DNA from: Patescibacteria group bacterium
Lineage (GTDB): Bacteria; Patescibacteriota; Microgenomatia; 2-02-FULL-39-11
Length of the DNA stretch: 64,000 nt
Assembly: GCA_023379265.1 (NCBI GenBank)
Contig: JAMCUI010000009.1
Span: 252,908 to 316,907, forward strand
Reading direction: 5' to 3'
Below are positions 58,793-64,000 of this stretch, one piece after another. Each line of letters opens with the position of its first letter. The stretch's first letter is position 1. A program made the position numbers and the translations under genes. A model generated the notes under the pieces. It was not told the DNA's origin and ran no database searches. It worked only from the letters and a program-made list of their open reading frames with translations.

Positions 58793-59721
58793 AATATTCA
58801 AACGAAGATTTAGGAGTATTTATTCTTACTTATAATAGGCCGCGGTTATTGGAGCAGACGTTATTGAGCTTTGTTCACCAGACTATTAAGGGATTTAAAC
58901 TAACAGTGATTGATAATGGATCAACAGATAGAGAAATGAAGCAAATGAAAAAGAAAATTATTAATTGGGGATATAACTATATGAGACTCAGGAAAAATTT
59001 AAACCCAAGTCTGATCTTGGAACCAATAAAGCCGAAAATGAAAACAAAATTATTTATGCTTTTTCATGATGATGATTTAATACACCCTGATTACTTAAGA
59101 CAAGCAATAAATTTGTTCAACCGTTACCCTGAGACAATATTTATCGGCTCCGCAATGTCTTTTGACAGTCAGCCTGAAAAGTTATCTTGGCCTAATTTTA
59201 CTGGTGAGTTTGAGGTGTTTGATACAGTAAATGACTTTGCTGCATTTATTTATAAAGGATTTCCGCTTCATTTTGCTTCCGTCGTTTACGTAACTAGATA
59301 TTTCAAAGAGGCATGCAATCCTTTTGACGTGTATGGCAAAATAGCTGACAGACCTTTTTTATTTGATATGGCTGGAAATAAAAAGAGAGAGATAATTGTA
59401 CTAACGGAATGTTATATCAGATATCGTACTCACTATAACCAGGATTCGCAGAATGTAAATACCGGTCCTTTCAAGGATCAGCTTTTTGCACTGCACAGAA
59501 GATATCGCGAGCTTTTGGGTGATAATATTTTGACCGCAAACGGTAGGATTTTTGTCAGAAAAAATTACGAGTATTTATATTTAGAAGCGTTAAAATTAAA
59601 AAAAACCACATCCCCGGAAGAATATATTATAGAAGCTTTGGAAAAAGGCGCGACGACCCGGTTGGCTATAAATTACGGCAGACTGCATTTATATCTAAAA
59701 AGATTGCTAGGATATGGGTAA
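58789..59721 (+). CDS. GT2 glycosyltransferase
   Basis: LTYNRP, DNGSTD, FHDDD, YRTH. Confidence 0.82.
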   Translation: MKYSNEDLGVFILTYNRPRLLEQTLLSFVHQTIKGFKLTVIDNGSTDREMKQMKKKIINWGYNYMRLRKNLNPSLILEPIKPKMKTKLFMLFHDDDLIHPDYLRQAINLFNRYPETIFIGSAMSFDSQPEKLSWPNFTGEFEVFDTVNDFAAFIYKGFPLHFASVVYVTRYFKEACNPFDVYGKIADRPFLFDMAGNKKREIIVLTECYIRYRTHYNQDSQNVNTGPFKDQLFALHRRYRELLGDNILTANGRIFVRKNYEYLYLEALKLKKTTSPEEYIIEALEKGATTRLAINYGRLHLYLKRLLGYG

Positions 59722-60715
59722 GAAAAAGAATATTAACATAATCTCAGAATCTGCAAAGTCTGGCAAAATTACGGGTCCGTATAAGGTATTCCTTAATACT
59801 TGCAAAGGGTTTGGCCAAATCGGCCAGCCATATACGGTTAATCACAATATTTATAGTTGCGAAAGGAATTGGATACACGATTCGGTCGGCGGATTTATGG
59901 AGATGGCAGTATCAGGTTTGCCGGGAGTGGTTGGACCCAACATATTTATTTTGCCAGATGATATTCCAAAGTATCGGCCCAAACTCAAAAACTGCATTTA
60001 TGTCCATCCAAGTGTTTGGCCGATAAGATTGTGGGAGAGATTAGGGTTTGATGAGTGTAAATTAGAAATATGGTCAGCAGGCATTGATATAGATTATTTT
60101 ATTCCGGAAAAAAAAGAAAAATCAAAACAGGTAATGGTATATTTTAAGGAACGTGAGGCCAAATTACTGGATAAAGTTTTGGAAGTTTTATCCTCAGAAA
60201 AAATTGAACCGGCTGTCATAAATTACGGTAATTACAAAGAAGACTATTATTTGGATACATTACAAAACTCAATTTTCGGAATTTGGCTGGGACGACACGA
60301 AAGCCAGGGTATAGCGATGCTAGAGGCGCTTTCGGCAGGATTGCCGCTTTTGGTGATTGACGTGAACTCTCTTTTTGAGGTATCCGCAGAAAACCATTAC
60401 AGGTTTCCTCCGGGTCTGAAGAATTTCCGTGTAACTAGCGCGCCATACTTCAGTGACAGATGCGGAATTATCATAAAGGATATAGGCAGATTGGAAGGGA
60501 CAGTTAGACAAATGACGGAAAACTACAAGAAATATAACCCTCGACAGTACATATTGGAAAATTTATCTCTAAGAAAATCAGCCCAAAGAATAGTAGGCCT
60601 GTTTGATAAATTGGAGAATGACGGATTTTTGCAAAAGTTTACAGGGTCGGTTGACAAAGAATTTCAATTAAGCGTCAGGTCAAAATTGTTACTCAAAATA
60701 AATAAATTTTTATGA
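59714..60715 (+). CDS. GT-B (GT4-like) glycosyltransferase
   Basis: AGID, ESQGIAMLEALSAGLP. Confidence 0.72.
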   Translation: MGKKKNINIISESAKSGKITGPYKVFLNTCKGFGQIGQPYTVNHNIYSCERNWIHDSVGGFMEMAVSGLPGVVGPNIFILPDDIPKYRPKLKNCIYVHPSVWPIRLWERLGFDECKLEIWSAGIDIDYFIPEKKEKSKQVMVYFKEREAKLLDKVLEVLSSEKIEPAVINYGNYKEDYYLDTLQNSIFGIWLGRHESQGIAMLEALSAGLPLLVIDVNSLFEVSAENHYRFPPGLKNFRVTSAPYFSDRCGIIIKDIGRLEGTVRQMTENYKKYNPRQYILENLSLRKSAQRIVGLFDKLENDGFLQKFTGSVDKEFQLSVRSKLLLKINKFL

Positions 60716-61389
60716 GAGAAAATGTAAAAATCACAAATGTCCGGAAACTGCACCTGGGTTGCGGGGAAATATACCTGCCCGGTTATATAAACATAGATTT
60801 TCCCCAAAGCAAGCATACTGTCCAGGAAAATGCGAAAGTCGATCTTTATGCTGATATAAATAAGCTTAAATATAAGCCAAATTCAATAGGTGAGATAAGG
60901 TTGCACCATGTATTTGAGCATTTTGAGAGACCGGTAGCCTGCGCGCTTTTGGTTTCGTGGCGATCCTGGTTGACTGTAGGAGGAAGACTAAGAATTGAAG
61001 TGCCTGATTTTGACAGGACCGCATTGAATGTAATCAATCCCTTCACTAGTTTCCGGACGAAAACCGTGGCACTGAGGCATATTTTCGGCTCAAATGAAGC
61101 TTTGTGGGCGGTACACTTTGAAGGATGGTCAAAAAATCGGTTAACGGAAATTCTTGAGACGATCGGATTCAGATTGGTTAAAACGAGAAAGAATTCCTGG
61201 AAAGGAACATATAATATTGATATTACCGCAGTTAAGACGGAATCTGTTTTAAGTGTGGCAGATTATTATCGTCAGGTAAGGGATTATCTCGGTAATTTTA
61301 CCCTGGATGAGTCGGAAGGGGAAAAGCGCATACTGATGGTCTGGATGCAGAAATATAATAGACAGATTAAGTTATCATTTGCCAAATGA
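60712..61389 (+). CDS. Class I SAM-dependent methyltransferase
   Basis: KLHLGCG..GYINID, HVFEH, L..GGRLRIEVPD. Confidence 0.82.
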   Translation: MRENVKITNVRKLHLGCGEIYLPGYINIDFPQSKHTVQENAKVDLYADINKLKYKPNSIGEIRLHHVFEHFERPVACALLVSWRSWLTVGGRLRIEVPDFDRTALNVINPFTSFRTKTVALRHIFGSNEALWAVHFEGWSKNRLTEILETIGFRLVKTRKNSWKGTYNIDITAVKTESVLSVADYYRQVRDYLGNFTLDESEGEKRILMVWMQKYNRQIKLSFAK

Positions 61390-62192
61390 AAAAAATAAGC
61401 GTAATTATTCCGACTTTCAACAGATCAAAAAGTTTGATCCGTGCAGTAAAAAGTGTAATTGGTCAAACGGTCAAACCTTTTGAGATTATTGTTTCTGACG
61501 ACGGGTCAAATGATGGTAGTGAAAAAATCGTAGGCAGGATTGGTGATCCGATAGTAAAATGGATAAGCGCAAAACATACAGGACTTCCGGCCGCCGTGCG
61601 AAACAAAGGCATAAAAAAATCCAGGGGAGACTGGCTTGCATTTCTGGACAGTGATGATAAGTGGGAAGAAAACAAGTTGGAAGAACAAATAGAGATTATT
61701 GATAAGTATAAATGCGGAGCTGTTTGTGCCAACTCTTCAAGAGTAACTAATAATGCTAGTAAAGCAGGTTTTGTTTCCCCTTTTTCCGGCAGAATTATCC
61801 GCTTAACTGATTTGTTAAAAGAAAATTATGTCGTCACCAGTTCTGTTTTGATAAGGAAAGATTTGATTCAAAGGACAGGAGGTTTTCCTGAAGATAAGAA
61901 TTTATTGGTGGGTGAGGATTATGCCTTGTGGCTTAGGGTTGCTGCCGAGACAGATTTTTACTTTATTAATAAACCTCTTTTAAGGTATACCGATAACCCT
62001 AAAAGCAGTATAAGAAAGCTTGGCAAAGATGATTTTTTACAAAGGGTGGAAGTATTGGAAAATTTCAGCCGTTATCTGGCCGAAAAAAAATACCCATTTG
62101 GTATGAGACTAAAAACACATATATATAAGACATTATTGTATTACTTTTTTTACACTAACCTACTGATAAGGAAAACTAAATATTTGATATGA
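61386..62192 (+). CDS. GT2 glycosyltransferase
   Basis: IPTFNR, DDGSND, RNKG, FLDSDD, EDYALWLR. Confidence 0.88.
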   Translation: MKKISVIIPTFNRSKSLIRAVKSVIGQTVKPFEIIVSDDGSNDGSEKIVGRIGDPIVKWISAKHTGLPAAVRNKGIKKSRGDWLAFLDSDDKWEENKLEEQIEIIDKYKCGAVCANSSRVTNNASKAGFVSPFSGRIIRLTDLLKENYVVTSSVLIRKDLIQRTGGFPEDKNLLVGEDYALWLRVAAETDFYFINKPLLRYTDNPKSSIRKLGKDDFLQRVEVLENFSRYLAEKKYPFGMRLKTHIYKTLLYYFFYTNLLIRKTKYLI

Positions 62193-63367
62193 AAATACTA
62201 CATGCAGTCCAGTTCTATTTTCCCGCTACCGGAGGGATGCAGGAAGCAGTCAGGCAAATTTCCGAGAACCTCGCCCGACTTGGACATGACGTGACGGTAG
62301 TTACCTCAAAAGATACTAAGAGGAAGAAAGGGATGGTAAACGGGGTCAAAATTGAAGAATTTGATATAACGGGAAATGCGGTAGTAGGGATAAAAGGAGA
62401 GATTGAACGTTTTAGGAAATATCTGACGGATTCCCGCTTTGATATCGTCACAAATTTTGCCGCGACCCAATGGGCGACGGACATAATGCTGCCTATCCTT
62501 TCCAGAGTAAAGGCCAAAAAGGTATTTGTGCCGACCGGTTTTTCCATGCTTTACACGCCTTCCTATTCGCAATATTTCAGGGAGATGAAAAGCTGGATGA
62601 AGGAATATGATATGAATGTTTTTTTATCAGAAAACTATCGGGATATAAATTTTGCCAGGGAAAACGGGATTAAAAAGATACGTATTATCCCAAACGGAGC
62701 CAGCAGGGAAGAGTTTGGAGAAAAAGTGAAAATCGATATAAAAAAAAAGCTGGGAATTCCTAAAAACCATTTACTTATCCTTCATGTTGGTTCTCATACG
62801 GGAGCCAAGGGTCACAGTGAAGGAATCCGCATATTTGACAAAGCGGATATTAATAACGCAACATTTCTCATTATTGGAAACAAAACAACCAAAGGATGTT
62901 ATAGAAGCTGCAAGTTGAGAGAACTGGCATTTGCAATAAAGCCCAAAAACAGGAGAAAAGAAAAAAGGCTGAAAATTATGGAGTTTGACAGAGCTCATAC
63001 AATTGCGGCATACCAGGCTGCCGATCTCTTTCTTTTTCCCTCAAATATAGAGTGTTCTCCTCTTGTGCTTTTTGAGTGTATGGCTTCAAGAACCCCATTT
63101 TTAACGGCTGACACGGGAAACGCCAGGGAGATAATCGATTGGTCACATTCGGGGGTATTATTACCCACCATTATTGACACGCTAGGCTATAGTCATGTTG
63201 ATGAAAAAGAATCCGCGGGTATTTTGGAGAAAATGGTAAACAATAAACCACAGCTTCAAAAAATGGCAGGTAATGGTTTCATAGCCTGGAAAAATAAATT
63301 CACCTGGGAAAAAATTGCAATAAAGTATGAAAATCTTTATAAGGAATTGTTATGCAAAAAAAATTAA
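62189..63367 (+). CDS. GT4 glycosyltransferase
   Basis: FYFPATGG, IPNG, FPSNIECSPLVLFE, FTWEKIA. Confidence 0.85.
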   Translation: MKILHAVQFYFPATGGMQEAVRQISENLARLGHDVTVVTSKDTKRKKGMVNGVKIEEFDITGNAVVGIKGEIERFRKYLTDSRFDIVTNFAATQWATDIMLPILSRVKAKKVFVPTGFSMLYTPSYSQYFREMKSWMKEYDMNVFLSENYRDINFARENGIKKIRIIPNGASREEFGEKVKIDIKKKLGIPKNHLLILHVGSHTGAKGHSEGIRIFDKADINNATFLIIGNKTTKGCYRSCKLRELAFAIKPKNRRKEKRLKIMEFDRAHTIAAYQAADLFLFPSNIECSPLVLFECMASRTPFLTADTGNAREIIDWSHSGVLLPTIIDTLGYSHVDEKESAGILEKMVNNKPQLQKMAGNGFIAWKNKFTWEKIAIKYENLYKELLCKKN

Positions 63368-64000
63368 TGAATTATTTCCTAAAAGAAGCAGTATCAGCAT
63401 ATCATTTTTTATTCTATTTCTATGAAATTTTCGGCATGCCGCGGCCAACACAGGAATATTATAAAGATATGGGTTATTTTTACAAAAATGATCCTTACAC
63501 CAGACAATACCGTTTTTCAAATTGGGGAAGCAGAAAATGGGAGTACAGATATGCACAGGGAATTCTTGAAGAGATTGGAATAAAAGATAAAAACGTGGTT
63601 GATGTCGGGATCGGCATTCCGTCTGATTATGATTTTTATAAATATTATTTGAAATCTGGTTGCCATCTTTGGGCGTTTGATCCGGATGGCAGGTTGCCAA
63701 AAGTATTAAACTTGTCGGAAAAATGCCGGATTTTCAATAAATCAGCAGAGAAAATCAACATTCCTCCAAAATCATGCGATGTTGTAGTCTGCATATCGGC
63801 TTTTGAGCATTTTCCTTTCAGGATATTTCAAAAAACAGTGAAGGAGGTCTATAGAATATTAAAGAAAAACGGGCATTTTATCATAACTTTGGACTTGACT
63901 CATGATAAAAAGAAATCAGCCAGGTGGGCAATTTTGGAGAAAACACTAAACGGACTGCCAGAATATGAAAATGATATCGGACTGAAAACTCACGACAAAC
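63352..64000 (+). CDS. Class I SAM-dependent methyltransferase, 3'-truncated (not in ORF track)
   Basis: Manual translation from ATG 63352 is open to the window end: ...RKWEYRYA..VVDVGIG..AFDPD..DVVVCISAFEHF..RILKKNGHFIIT. Confidence 0.8.
   Translation, partial: MQKKLMNYFLKEAVSAYHFLFYFYEIFGMPRPTQEYYKDMGYFYKNDPYTRQYRFSNWGSRKWEYRYAQGILEEIGIKDKNVVDVGIGIPSDYDFYKYYLKSGCHLWAFDPDGRLPKVLNLSEKCRIFNKSAEKINIPPKSCDVVVCISAFEHFPFRIFQKTVKEVYRILKKNGHFIITLDLTHDKKKSARWAILEKTLNGLPEYENDIGLKTHDK

Noticed and set aside
63350-63700. 116-aa minus-strand ORF at the window end
   Set aside because: Shadow of the plus-strand methyltransferase starting at 63352

Overview
A continuous, gene-dense cell-surface glycosylation locus of about 56 CDS, truncated at both window ends. 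It uses genetic code 11, has many ATGA gene overlaps and few Shine-Dalgarno motifs; its style suggests a Patescibacteria/CPR (Microgenomates-like) genome, which is an inference. There are three parts. (1) 1-33 kb, + strand: GT2/GT4 enzymes, about 12 GT-C-fold membrane glycosyltransferases (including a tandem array of seven full-length ArnT/PMT-like paralogs plus one stripped-down copy lacking the DE loop), DPM1-like polyprenol-phosphate sugar synthases, and epimerase/mutase/Fcl enzymes. (2) 33-46.5 kb, mostly - strand: a CDP-sugar block (rfbF, rfbG, rfbH) with a YerE-like ThDP enzyme, a NeuB-like synthase without NeuA/NeuC, reductases, methyltransferases and a GtrB-like transferase, which together suggest a long-chain C4-branched sugar. 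(3) 46.7-64 kb, + strand: a Wzm/Wzt ABC-exported glycan cluster with a carbamoyltransferase, an AsnB-like amidotransferase, a GT10 and methyltransferases. Small non-coding signals include a ~95-bp inverted-repeat-bounded element, degenerate 7-mer repeat tracts (some inside genes), near-leaderless promoters and a palindromic two-way -10 box. No rRNA, tRNA, CRISPR or transposase was recognised.
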